From positions 24,950-88,949 of the forward strand of contig DQIQ01000001.1 in the NCBI GenBank assembly GCA_003942085.1: 64,000 nt of DNA, in the 5' to 3' direction. Each line of letters starts with the position of its first letter. The first letter of the stretch is position 1. Both the position numbers and the translations under genes were made by a program. The notes under the pieces are model-generated. The model was not told the DNA's origin, ran no database searches, and saw nothing but the letters and a program-made list of their open reading frames with translations. This document shows positions 19,614-29,127 of this stretch, piece by piece. The stretch comes from Thermoplasmata archaeon (GTDB lineage: Archaea > Thermoplasmatota > E2 > DHVEG-1).

Positions 19614-20825
19614 CTATAGTAATCCGAAACGATCCTTCAGGTAGACTGAGATAAAACGTAGCGAAAGTTTTCGCCAAATGGTCTTCATGCTATCAAGAGT
19701 GAGAATATGTCTCATCGCGATATCAACCAGTTGTTTGTCTTTTTCGAAAAGCCGCATGATGTTGTCTTCTCCCATCCCCCAATGTTGTGACAAGCGGAAG
19801 AAACGTTTATTATTTTTTCCAAAATCATTTCTCCAACGAACAGGATATGACGAGATAACCATTTTGTTCTTCGGATTAGAATCTAAGGCTTCTGTGATGA
19901 CCTTTGCGGCGATCTCTCCTGATACCATCGCGTTGTAGATGCCTTCACCGGTGAGTGGATTGACCATCCCTGCGGCATCCCCACAGATAAATGCTCTCTG
20001 AAGGGCTGTTCGTTGAACTGGGTATGTTGGGAAAACCCCTCCTTTAGGATTTTTAATCTTAAGATTCGACGGTATGATCTTGGTTTCTTTAAGAGTTTTC
20101 AAATAATTTTCATAGATTTCCTTGATGTTCTTCTTCTCGTTTCTTGAACCGATCGCCTGTCGAAACTCGCAGATACCGATATTAACATGTTTGTGCTTAG
20201 GAAATACCCATCCGTACCCAGCGACTCCCAGTGCATTCATATGGATGTGAACCCGTCTTTTTTCGCTGAAAAACTGATCAAGCGTTCTTTTACTTAAGGG
20301 ATGTTCTTCGAAAACACATACACCAATATTCCTACAACTCTGACGAGTCCCCAGCTGTTTTCCGATCGAACCCCACATACCGTCGGCCACGATCACATAA
20401 TTTGATTCGATTTCAGTTCCATCAGTGAGAACGAGGCGTGATTTCTCCTCAGACATCTTAACATTTTTTACCGTTTTTCCCGCAAGAAGCGTCGCACCAC
20501 TTCGTGTCGCAAGATTTACAAGTCCCGCATCAAACTTTTTCCTCAGGATCATAGCTACAATTGGCTCATTTTTTTGTATATCTACGTTATATTTCGAAGC
20601 AAAAGAATGAAGGCTTACCTCATAAGAGAAGGAATCCACGAGACCATTTTCTTCGATATATCTGTATCTCTTTAACACCCGAGCAGGCAATCCTCCGCCA
20701 CAGGGTTTATCCCGGGGAAAAGTACTTTTATCAAGAAGAAGGACGCGCATTCCTTTTTCTGAAAGAAATTTTGCTGCGGTCGAACCTGCAGGTCCAGCTC
20801 CTATCACGACAACATCATATCTCAT
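19614..20825 (-). CDS. Geranylgeranyl reductase-family flavoprotein
   Basis: YDVVVIGAGPAGS, PRDKPCGGG, YGWVFPK, GDAAGMVNPLTGEGI. Confidence 0.9.
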   Translation of the reverse strand: MRYDVVVIGAGPAGSTAAKFLSEKGMRVLLLDKSTFPRDKPCGGGLPARVLKRYRYIEENGLVDSFSYEVSLHSFASKYNVDIQKNEPIVAMILRKKFDAGLVNLATRSGATLLAGKTVKNVKMSEEKSRLVLTDGTEIESNYVIVADGMWGSIGKQLGTRQSCRNIGVCVFEEHPLSKRTLDQFFSEKRRVHIHMNALGVAGYGWVFPKHKHVNIGICEFRQAIGSRNEKKNIKEIYENYLKTLKETKIIPSNLKIKNPKGGVFPTYPVQRTALQRAFICGDAAGMVNPLTGEGIYNAMVSGEIAAKVITEALDSNPKNKMVISSYPVRWRNDFGKNNKRFFRLSQHWGMGEDNIMRLFEKDKQLVDIAMRHILTLDSMKTIWRKLSLRFISVYLKDRFGLL

Positions 20826-21121
20826 AGGCCTATTGTCCCCCAGCCAATCCAAAAAATAAAACAGTGTATCGATATATAAATATTGAGATTATCATCTGTT
20901 CGATTTTAATGAAGAAAATAGGTCAAAAAATAACGCTTTCTGCTGTGAGTAGAAACTTTTTTAAGAACAACAATTTAGAGGGATTTGAACACTAAAGCAT
21001 CAGCTGTATAACAGGAAACTTTTCAATCTTAGAAAATTCATCACACACCCATGCTTTGCATTCCATAAAATAGTTAAATCACAAAAGAATATTTTATAAC
21101 TACCATAAAGGAAATAATATC

Positions 21122-22036
21122 ATGAGATTAACTGCTGATATCCTTACATCCGAATTTGGGAAAATACAAGCCCGTTTTAGAACAATTTCCATAGATCATC
21201 TGGAGGATCTTCACAAAGAACTTTTTGAATGGAAACATAAAAGAATCATCACAGAGTCGTTTTTTACACAGAATTATGGTGACTTTCGCTTCCAGATACC
21301 TGATGAAATCCCTGATGCACAATCCATTGTTATCATTGCATTACCACAAAAAATGCATCCTTTAGATTTTCTCATTAATGGGAAACACTATCAGACCATC
21401 ATACCACCGACTTATGTCTATAATTCTGTGAGAAACACGTGCAAAGAGATTTTAACAAAAGAGCTGAAAAAAACTAATCACTCGGTAGTGCGAGCAATAC
21501 TCCCCATGAAACTCCTTGCGGTGAGAAGCGGGCTAGGGGAATACGGGAAAAATAATATCTGTTATGTGGACGGTATGGGAAGCTTTGCCAGGCTGGAAGG
21601 ATTCTATACTGATCATCGATTTCCTTCATATGATTGGCAGGAGAAAAAAGTAATGGAGAGATGTACCAGCTGCATATTGTGCCAGCAGAACTGTCCGACC
21701 CACTGCATCCCTACAGACCGATTTTTGATTCATGCAGAACATTGCCTAACGTATTTTAACGAAAACAAAGAAGAGTTCCCCTCATGGGTCGATCGGCGAT
21801 GCCACCATGCGCTAGTGGGATGTATGAGATGTCAAATGGTGTGTCCACAGAATCGATCAGTCATTGTATCAAAGGAACAACCCGTCATCTTTTCAGAGGA
21901 AGAATCTGCAATGATTCTGAACAAAACCCCACGAGAGAATATCTCTGAGACATTATCTGCCAAATTAATCAGTCTTGATATCAATGAATATTATCCTTTA
22001 TTATCAAGGAATCTCTCGGTTATAAAGAATAAATAG
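21122..22036 (+). CDS. QueG/reductive-dehalogenase-like double 4Fe-4S cluster protein
   Basis: KLLAVRSGLGEYGKNN, CTSCILCQQNCP, CL...GCMRCQMVCP. Confidence 0.8.
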   Translation: MRLTADILTSEFGKIQARFRTISIDHLEDLHKELFEWKHKRIITESFFTQNYGDFRFQIPDEIPDAQSIVIIALPQKMHPLDFLINGKHYQTIIPPTYVYNSVRNTCKEILTKELKKTNHSVVRAILPMKLLAVRSGLGEYGKNNICYVDGMGSFARLEGFYTDHRFPSYDWQEKKVMERCTSCILCQQNCPTHCIPTDRFLIHAEHCLTYFNENKEEFPSWVDRRCHHALVGCMRCQMVCPQNRSVIVSKEQPVIFSEEESAMILNKTPRENISETLSAKLISLDINEYYPLLSRNLSVIKNK

Positions 22037-22117
22037 AGAAATGGACTTCCACTTTTTTTAATAATTTATATAAATTCTGAACTGCTTTCCGCATACAAAA
22101 TATGGAGAAGAGATAGC

Positions 22118-22864
22118 ATGAAGGGCATGGAATATTTCTATGAGCTATTCACTGGTCTTCCTCGCGGCGGACCTGGGGATAATGTATCTACTCAAAAGGC
22201 ATTTGGCTATCTGAAAAATTTACCACCCAAGCCACGTATCCTTGATATCGGCTGCGGACCCGGATTACAGACCCTTGAGCTAGCAAGAATCTCAAAAGGG
22301 AACATTATCGCTTTAGATAACCATCAGCCATTTTTAGATCGCTTAATGCAGAACGCAGCTAAGGAAGGATTGAGAAAAAGGGTCATCCCAAAAAATCAAT
22401 CCATGCTTGAGTTGGATTTTAAGGAAAGCTCATTTGATATTATCTGGTCAGAGGGTGCGCTTTATATTATGGGGTTTCAGCATGGATTAAAACGATGTAA
22501 GCAGCTTCTGAAAAAGAAAGGATATCTAGTCGTGACAGAAGCAGTATTGCTTTTACCAAATATTCCAAAACCACTACAGAGTTTCTGGGATAAAGAATAC
22601 CCTGATATAAAAGACGTAAATGGCAATATCATCCTGATCCAAAATGAAGGTTATGATTTAGCTGCCCATTTCACCTTACCAAAATCATCCTGGATCGATG
22701 AATATTATTCTCCGATGGAAAAAAGGATACAAGAATTAAAGAAAAAATATGATGATAATACCGCTGCTTTGCAGGTGTTTGAGAAATGCGAAAAAGAAAT
22801 TAAAATATATCAGACGTATTCCGATTTTTTTGGCTATGAATTTTTCATTATGCAGAAGAAGTAA
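22118..22864 (+). CDS. Class I SAM-dependent methyltransferase
   Basis: ILDIGCGPG, FDIIWSEGA. Confidence 0.9.
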   Translation: MKGMEYFYELFTGLPRGGPGDNVSTQKAFGYLKNLPPKPRILDIGCGPGLQTLELARISKGNIIALDNHQPFLDRLMQNAAKEGLRKRVIPKNQSMLELDFKESSFDIIWSEGALYIMGFQHGLKRCKQLLKKKGYLVVTEAVLLLPNIPKPLQSFWDKEYPDIKDVNGNIILIQNEGYDLAAHFTLPKSSWIDEYYSPMEKRIQELKKKYDDNTAALQVFEKCEKEIKIYQTYSDFFGYEFFIMQKK

Positions 22865-23015
22865 CATATCGTGATATTTGCAATCAACAACAGATTTGTT
22901 TACAAAAAAAGTGATGGGAGAGAGTTGAATCCAAGATTACCAGGATGGCGATGTTCATGGCCGATGATGACGGTTGACGATTACCTGATGTATCGTCTAT
23001 TTCCATAGATCATTT

Positions 23016-23540
23016 TTAGAGTAGCAAGAGCAATCCATAATAGTTTTGAGTGCAACTATGGTCAGAAACCACTTCGATGGGAAACCCTGCAACTCTAGCC
23101 GTCTGGAAGACATCTATGCCACAAGCTTCCATGGAAGGGCGTGCTTCTTCGGTATGCTTGCAGCCTTTTTCCACATTACATTTTTCACACAGAACGCAGG
23201 GGCCTGCACTCATACCAAATGCCTTATAATATCCTGAGAGAAACGCCTCACGTTCAAGGGTTGAGACAATGCTTTTCATATCGGTCCATTCCTTTGATGG
23301 GAGATGTATCAAGATAGCGGTTTTGTACTCATCGAGCATTCGTCGTGTCTCTTGTGGTGTAGGAGAGTACGGAGGACAGGTGAGATGTTCGCTATAACCG
23401 TCACAGCCGTATTGACATTTTCGTCGGACCCACTCCGCGGTAAAGACCTGTTGTGGAGTAATCAGCTTTGCATCTTTTGCTCCCAATTCACATGCTCTGC
23501 GTATGAAATACTTTGATGGAGGAAGGGATTTTTCACTCAT
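23016..23540 (-). CDS. DUF2284-like predicted metal-binding protein
   Basis: KCQYGC...TCPP, GPCVLCEKC...C...ARPSMEACGIDV; likely start MSEKS at 23540. Confidence 0.8.
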   Translation of the reverse strand: MSEKSLPPSKYFIRRACELGAKDAKLITPQQVFTAEWVRRKCQYGCDGYSEHLTCPPYSPTPQETRRMLDEYKTAILIHLPSKEWTDMKSIVSTLEREAFLSGYYKAFGMSAGPCVLCEKCNVEKGCKHTEEARPSMEACGIDVFQTARVAGFPIEVVSDHSCTQNYYGLLLLL

Positions 23541-23647
23541 CGACTTAGAAATGATGATTCGTGATTTAAATGAATCTGTACAAAGTGCAAGTGATGGATT
23601 TGAACACGAGAGTATCGGTAAGACCATTAATGATGGTGAGAATTCTT

Positions 23648-23845
23648 TTATTCATCTTCAAAAATAAACAGCTCATCAATGGTCGTTTGTAGGGCTTTTG
23701 CAATATCGTGGGCTAATTGAAGGGAAGGATTGTAGTTTCCCTTCTCAATGAAAAGGATCGTTTCTCGTCGGACTCCCACCTTTTTTGCTAGATCTTCTTG
23801 GGTGAGGTTGTATCGTGCCCGCAGTTCCTTGATGCGTGTTTTCAT
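23648..23845 (-). CDS. XRE-family HTH transcriptional regulator
   Basis: [30 protein letters not shown]. Confidence 0.93.
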   Translation of the reverse strand: MKTRIKELRARYNLTQEDLAKKVGVRRETILFIEKGNYNPSLQLAHDIAKALQTTIDELFIFEDE

Positions 23846-23847
23846 AA

Positions 23848-24261
23848 TTAGTTCCCTTTTCGAGCGAGATAGAGATATGATATGACGAATACAAATCCTG
23901 AGACCATCACCACGATTGCTGCGACATCCCCGCCTTTAGGTTCGTATCTGAAGAGTATGTCGAAAAGTACTGGGGTAAACACTGCGCTCCAGATCGCTGC
24001 AATAAACGCGTAGTATCCTGCCTTATAGTTGATGTTTATCAATCGTTCATCTTTTGCTGGTAATCCTTTTTGTACATTCTTTAATCGGTCCCAGACGATG
24101 TACATTGCTAAAGCAACTAGTACCAACACGATACCAACAAGTAAGATTTCGTTTAATTCAATATCACCTGCACTCTTGAGATAAAAAAACAGTGTCGTTA
24201 ATACCGCAGCGACAATTATGATGCTTAAAACAACCACTTTTTTGTCTTTCATGTTTTTCAC
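23848..24261 (-). CDS. DUF2178-like membrane protein co-transcribed with the XRE regulator
   Basis: Four hydrophobic segments and DER..I..KAG motif; directly upstream of the HTH gene. Confidence 0.7.
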   Translation of the reverse strand: MKNMKDKKVVVLSIIIVAAVLTTLFFYLKSAGDIELNEILLVGIVLVLVALAMYIVWDRLKNVQKGLPAKDERLININYKAGYYAFIAAIWSAVFTPVLFDILFRYEPKGGDVAAIVVMVSGFVFVISYLYLARKGN

Positions 24262-24305
24262 CTAATATTAATGTGTGTTAGTAATAACTTTTTATTATTT
24301 ATTTC

Positions 24306-24331
24306 TAACATTATGTTATGTAAATATAACA
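24306..24331. promoter_or_regulatory. Possible operator of the XRE regulator
   Basis: TAACATTATGTTA palindrome overlapping TGTTA-N8-TAACA, upstream of the membrane protein/HTH operon. Confidence 0.3.
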
Positions 24332-24433
24332 TATACTATTTATATCTTACGCTAAAGAAAGTTGGACAAATTCTTCACAATTAACGAATGCATTATCTTT
24401 TTGTACAACAATGAATGAAAAAATCTAAAAAAA

Positions 24434-24470
24434 AGTGCGGGGGAAGGGATTTGAACTCTAATTTACTAGT
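24434..24470. repeat. tRNA-Leu 3'-end copy plus inverted arm (att/TSD-TIR site C)
   Basis: AGTGCGGGGGAAGGGATTTGAAC (1 mismatch to 39767-39789) followed by CTCTAATTTACTAGT. Confidence 0.9.
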
Positions 24471-24661
24471 ATGCTCCTCATTTTTCTCCTGATACGATAC
24501 CATCATCATTTTTGAGCGGGTTATCAACTCGAAGCTACAAAGGTTTACTAGTAATCTCTCCCTGTTATGCTGATCTAAGTATATTTTTATCAGTATAAAC
24601 ATAATCGTTCCGGTCAACTATCAGCTTGGTTTATGTCATTTATATAAGTGGTCTCATCGAT

Positions 24662-24907
24662 GCTCCTGTCGGGATTACGTGCCAATTCTTCAGAGCCCTC
24701 GGGAGGAAGGAAGTGAAAGACTGGCATAAAACCCCTCTGGAAGAATACTTGCTGGAAGTTCAAAGCTCCCAGATGGTTTGAAAAAATTACGCGAACGTGA
24801 TAGGCAGTCCGTGGCAGTAGAAGGAGACGTTGAGTAAGTCTTCCTCGTCGTAGAAACCTTGCTCGCAAGCCTAATGTCAAGGATGAATCAGTGAGTAAAC
24901 CTGGAGT
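24662..24907 (+). ncRNA. Candidate structured ncRNA (~245 nt), family not recognised
   Basis: TTTATATA at 24639-24646; 5'/3' closing helix and at least five internal helices whose G-U pairs favour the plus strand; no credible ORF. Confidence 0.6.
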
Positions 24908-26314
24908 TTAATTTAAATTATTTATTAAAAATTTAAAACCTATCATGAACCATCGAGGGTCCTTATCTCGTAGGAATCGTTTGAGGTATCTTAACCATAA
25001 AATCGGATTGTAAAAAAACCTATTGTATCCTTTGATAGTGTACTTTATGATCTCTTTCGATGTAAAATTTCCCAGTTTTTTTGATGAGTCGGTATAAATG
25101 AAATGCCCATCTTTAGAATAACTTATTTTCCCTTCTTTCTCTGCTTCACACCATAAGTCTGAGCCGCAGACGTAACGAAGAGCTAAAAAACTCGCCATGT
25201 CTAATGGCAATGATGTCGCAAATTTTATTGTTCTTTTAATATGTTTTTCTGTTTCAATCGGAGCACCTAAAATAAACATTCCTGTTGTTAGAAAACCCAT
25301 CTTATGACTTAGTTCAATTGTTTTTACAACATCTGGAATCAAGAGTTTTTTATTGTAGTAATCGAGAACATCTTGGTTCCCTGATTCTATTCCGTAGTTG
25401 ATAATTCTCACCCCGGCTTTCTTCAGTTGAGTATATAACTCTTCATCGCCAGAATCAGCTCTCGCCTCATTTATCCATAAATCTAATTTATATTGCTTTG
25501 TTATGATGTGTTCCATTATTTTCATTATCCTTTTTTTGTCGGCGAGGAGATTGTCATCCGAAAACGCTATGGTTTCATAACCTTGTGATACAATCTCATC
25601 GATTTCGTTTATAACATTTTTTACAGATCTCTTTTGATAATACGGAATGTGCGCCTTCAAACCACAAAAACGACATCGATGCGGGCAGCCTCTCGATGTG
25701 AGTATTGATGTTACTTTACCTTTCCCAAACTTGATATTCATGATGTGCCCATAGGTATATTTTTCTGTAAGATAACGAGCTGGAAAAGGTAATTGGTCCA
25801 AGTCCTCAATTTTGTTTTTTCCTAAATTGTGAACGATTTTGTTGTTTTCTTTATAGCAAACTCCAGGTAGATTTTTTATTGGTTTGTTTAATTTAATTGA
25901 TTCCATTATTGATGCGATGACGGTTTCTCCAGGCCCTCGAACTGCGACATCTGCATTAAATTCTCTTAACGATTCTTCTGTTAAAAGCGATACGTGCGGC
26001 CCGCCTATTATAATTTTAATTTTAGGATTTCTTTCTTTAATTTTTTTAGCAATATCTAATGCAAATTGTTTATCCTGAGGTTGACTATAAACAGTGAGGC
26101 CGACGACATCGTTTTTTCCAGCTATCTCATCGATTCTGTTATCGTTTATCTGTTCAGCAGATCCATCAATGATTTCCACAATATAATTGTTCAATTCAAG
26201 GATTTTTCCCAGATATAATAATCCCAATGGGGGGAAAGATGGCTTAAATTGCATTTTTTTATTTACCGCAATTTCGTAATTACCTTTGGCACAATTGATC
26301 AATGTAATGTTCAT
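24908..26314 (-). CDS. B12-binding domain radical SAM protein (island cargo, AT-rich)
   Basis: PPLGLLYL, IIIGGPH, TSRGCPHRCRFC, GIESG. Confidence 0.9.
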   Translation of the reverse strand: MNITLINCAKGNYEIAVNKKMQFKPSFPPLGLLYLGKILELNNYIVEIIDGSAEQINDNRIDEIAGKNDVVGLTVYSQPQDKQFALDIAKKIKERNPKIKIIIGGPHVSLLTEESLREFNADVAVRGPGETVIASIMESIKLNKPIKNLPGVCYKENNKIVHNLGKNKIEDLDQLPFPARYLTEKYTYGHIMNIKFGKGKVTSILTSRGCPHRCRFCGLKAHIPYYQKRSVKNVINEIDEIVSQGYETIAFSDDNLLADKKRIMKIMEHIITKQYKLDLWINEARADSGDEELYTQLKKAGVRIINYGIESGNQDVLDYYNKKLLIPDVVKTIELSHKMGFLTTGMFILGAPIETEKHIKRTIKFATSLPLDMASFLALRYVCGSDLWCEAEKEGKISYSKDGHFIYTDSSKKLGNFTSKEIIKYTIKGYNRFFYNPILWLRYLKRFLRDKDPRWFMIGFKFLINNLN

Positions 26315-26532
26315 ATTAATTTTTACCTTGGATTAAAAGTATCCTTCACCATCTATATTAATATCATTGATTGAATGAAGAAGACCATTATAATTTATAA
26401 AAATTAGTTATGGAGGAAAGAGAATCATGCTTAGGTAAATGAGATTTTGTGTAAATGCTTGGTTCATAATATTTACGTGTTAGTCCAGGAGATGTTTGAG
26501 GAGTTTATATGCATAGCCCTCCTAATGAACAG

Positions 26533-27066
26533 GTATTTACGGATTCAAATCATTTTTTAGTCCTATGGCATGTTTCTCCTGGAAAAGTTGAAAATAAGTG
26601 CAGGGGAAGGGATTTGAACACTAATTTACTAGTACACTAGTATCTCGCTCCTTAAGGTATTTTGATTTTATTCAATTACTAGTAAATATCCTAATTCCAG
26701 GACTCAACTCTAAGCTTGTTACACTAGTCAGTTACCAGTTGCTTTTCTCCATCTGATGTATTATTTGTAACCAATAATAAGAAGTGGATGATACTCACTG
26801 TATTCTTTTGAGTGGTAGCATGAGCATTCTTGGCTCCCACTTGTGTCCACCATCCTCCATCCGTAATTAGGAGCACCGCCAAGGTAAAACAATTGGATGT
26901 CTCCAGTAAGGTTCCAGAAAACCCAAGTATTGAGCGTCGATGGCACGATTGCTAATGAAGATGGTTCTGGGTCATATGATGGTTGGGTATTCCAGGTGAC
27001 TGTTCCTTCATCCCAATCGCTGGTGACTTTATAGGCGTTCACTTGATGGCCACCAGGGTTTCCATC
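26533..27066. repeat. ~530-bp diverged duplication, copy 1 (att site B plus 3' end of DNRLRE-like gene)
   Basis: Collinear with 28585-29120 at an offset of ~2052 bp, e.g. TTCAAATCATTTTTTAGTC, att core, ACTAGT motifs, HPLLIIGYK coding end. Confidence 0.9.
26597..26633. repeat. tRNA-Leu 3'-end copy plus inverted arm (site B)
   Basis: AGTGCAGGGGAAGGGATTTGAAC identical to 39767-39789, then CACTAATTTACTAGT. Confidence 0.95.
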
Positions 27067-28515
27067 CGAGCTATGAAAATAGTACAGTTGAAGGGAGGCA
27101 TACTGGATGGTCACATTAGATGGAAGAGTGCTTATATTATATTTGATGAGTCCGTCCAATTCCAACCAAGAGATAGAAATGTGAGATCTGATATCAATCG
27201 GATCACTGGTCCCTGCATTACTATTAGGACTTACTTCTGAAATTGTGGCATCATCAGTTGGTTCAAGGACTACGGTATTTTCAGAACTAGTCCTGAATGA
27301 AAACATTTTTTTTGACCAGTACCTTCCATCGGTGACATTCACAAACCACGTATAAGAGGTAAAATAATCAAGGCCACTGATAGGAACAGTGTATCGACCG
27401 TTGCCGACGCCAGTCCCAGCTCCTGATCCGATATCTGGTTGTGTCTCAACCGTCCAATTCATCAGATCCCCCTGATAATCGGTCAAATCAAAACTCACAT
27501 TTGACGTAGATATTGGTACAAACTCAGCGTTTTGGTTTGGTGACGGATTCCTAATTAATGGAAACAACGTCTCTGTAGTAAATGTGCGTGTTCTCCCCAC
27601 CGGCGTCCCCGAAGTATCCCCTTCGTAGATCAGGATCAACCAAGAATATGTGGTGCCGTTCTGCAACGGATGAACAATGGGAATGGTGTAGGTTCCATTT
27701 GGTATCAAAGTAGCGGTTCCACCACCGATGTCCGGACTTGTTGTGACCTTATAACTCATGAGATCACCTTCAATATCGTGGATTTTAAAACTAAGCTCGG
27801 TGAGGGAAAGAGAAACGTTTTGTTCTCCATCTGCAGGTGAAATATCGGAAATATATGGGAATTGGTTATTTTGATTTAGATACCACTTACAGCCAAGATG
27901 ACTAGCAATTTTCTCTATTGATTCAATGATAAGAGCCCCGATAGTTTCGCATAGATAAAGATCCCATCGCCACCCACTTAATAACATATACGCGCCCACA
28001 GCATACAAAGGAATCATAAGTGTGCAAATTATTGGGAAATGCCAACTTGATGCATCCTTACTTTCACAATCGCATCCTGAGTTTGACAACTGCATTATGT
28101 CTTCTTGTAATTTAACGTTCTTTTCTATGACAGCATTTATTTCTTGTTGTAATTCAGGATTAATCAATTGATGTGCCCGGATCATTGATTGAATCCTTGA
28201 TTTACTAGAAAACTTTGAGAGAACCAACCCGATCAAATACATTCGTTTTAGTTGATTCTTTGTTAAAACAGGAATCTCTGATGTTGGGGATATTCCTCTA
28301 CTCATCTGGGATTTGAGAATGATTCTCTGGATCTCTCTGTTATTTGTTATATCCAAGATGGTTTGGAATAAAAGCTCTCTCTGATTGACTGTTTCTTTTT
28401 TGGCTTGTCGATGTGATGTTTGAACCGTCTGAAATCCAACAACATTGCTCAACGAAGCAAGAATGAGAACAACAACGGCAACAATACTGACTCCAATCAG
28501 AGGATACTTCTTCAT
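26761..28515 (-). CDS. Secreted/membrane modular protein: lineage-specific N-module, two Ig-like repeats, C-terminal DNRLRE/CBM96-like domain
   Basis: Signal peptide; repeated SF.(I/L).D..GDLM...V.T.PDIG; C-terminal PTDDATI...ASLQLY...WDEGTVTWNTQP. Confidence 0.75.
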   Translation of the reverse strand: MKKYPLIGVSIVAVVVLILASLSNVVGFQTVQTSHRQAKKETVNQRELLFQTILDITNNREIQRIILKSQMSRGISPTSEIPVLTKNQLKRMYLIGLVLSKFSSKSRIQSMIRAHQLINPELQQEINAVIEKNVKLQEDIMQLSNSGCDCESKDASSWHFPIICTLMIPLYAVGAYMLLSGWRWDLYLCETIGALIIESIEKIASHLGCKWYLNQNNQFPYISDISPADGEQNVSLSLTELSFKIHDIEGDLMSYKVTTSPDIGGGTATLIPNGTYTIPIVHPLQNGTTYSWLILIYEGDTSGTPVGRTRTFTTETLFPLIRNPSPNQNAEFVPISTSNVSFDLTDYQGDLMNWTVETQPDIGSGAGTGVGNGRYTVPISGLDYFTSYTWFVNVTDGRYWSKKMFSFRTSSENTVVLEPTDDATISEVSPNSNAGTSDPIDIRSHISISWLELDGLIKYNISTLPSNVTIQYASLQLYYFHSSDGNPGGHQVNAYKVTSDWDEGTVTWNTQPSYDPEPSSLAIVPSTLNTWVFWNLTGDIQLFYLGGAPNYGWRMVDTSGSQECSCYHSKEYSEYHPLLIIGYK

Positions 28516-28648
28516 CCTTTTCTTCCTATATGAAAAATAAAGACCTCTTGTCTATTTAAAATCTTCCTTCCAAGTAATTTACCTGTATTTAGGAGTTCAA
28601 ATCATTTTTTAGTCTCATGGCGATTTTCTTCTGGGAAAAGAGAAAAAA

Positions 28649-28685
28649 AGTGCAGGGGAAGGGATTTGAACACTAATTTACTAGT
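28649..28685. repeat. tRNA-Leu 3'-end copy plus inverted arm (site A)
   Basis: AGTGCAGGGGAAGGGATTTGAAC identical to 39767-39789, then CACTAATTTACTAGT. Confidence 0.95.
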
Positions 28686-28813
28686 ATACTAGTATCTCTC
28701 TCCTCAGGGAGATTTTGATTTTATTAAATTACTAGTAAGTATTCTAATTTCAGCGCCCGACTGTTGGCTTGTTACGTTAGTCAGTTAGCTGTTGTTTTTC
28801 TTAATCTGAAGTA

Positions 28814-29119
28814 TTATTTATAACCGATAATAAGAAGAGGATGAAACTCACTATAGTCTTTTGAGTAGAAGCACGAGCATTTCTGAGTTCCACTCGTGTC
28901 CATCATCCTCCATCCGTAATTGGGAGCGCTACTATTAACAAACAATTGGACGTCTCCAGTAAGGTTCCAAAAAACCCAGCTATTAATCGTCGCTGGCATG
29001 ATAGCAAATGAAGATGGTTCTGTGACATAGGACGGTCGGGTATTCCACGTGACGTTTTTTTCATTCCAATCACTCGTAATTCGATATGCGTTCACCTGAT
29101 GTCCGCTGGGGGTTCCCAT
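28814..29119 (-). pseudogene. 5'-truncated paralog of the DNRLRE-like C-terminus of 26761-28515
   Basis: GHQVNAY.(I/V)TSDW...HPLLIIGYK nearly identical to the neighbour; an extra C in AACCCCCAGC shifts the frame, so the annotated ATG looks incidental. Confidence 0.75.
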
Positions 29120-29127
29120 TCAAGTTT

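Larger units (their letters stand above)
28585..29120. repeat. ~530-bp diverged duplication, copy 2
   Basis: Collinear with 26533-27066. Confidence 0.9.

Noticed and set aside
24393-24880. Minus-strand ORFs of 74 and 88 aa
   Set aside because: No RBS or recognisable motifs; they overlap the att site and the structured RNA candidate
24662-24907. Group I intron, RNase P, SRP or HEARO/omega RNA identity for the ncRNA candidate
   Set aside because: Only fragmentary resemblance (TTGCTGGAA; GTCAACTA upstream); no P7/P3 spacing, no GAGGAAAGTCC-type P4, no SRP helix 8 motif, no IscB/TnpB gene
26411-26440. GGAGG followed by ATG CTT AGG TAA mini-ORF
   Set aside because: Three codons only with no other support; likely chance or a decayed gene start
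26761-29119. Diversity-generating retroelement TR/VR pair
   Set aside because: Differences between the copies are not adenine-specific, look largely synonymous, and no reverse transcriptase is in the window
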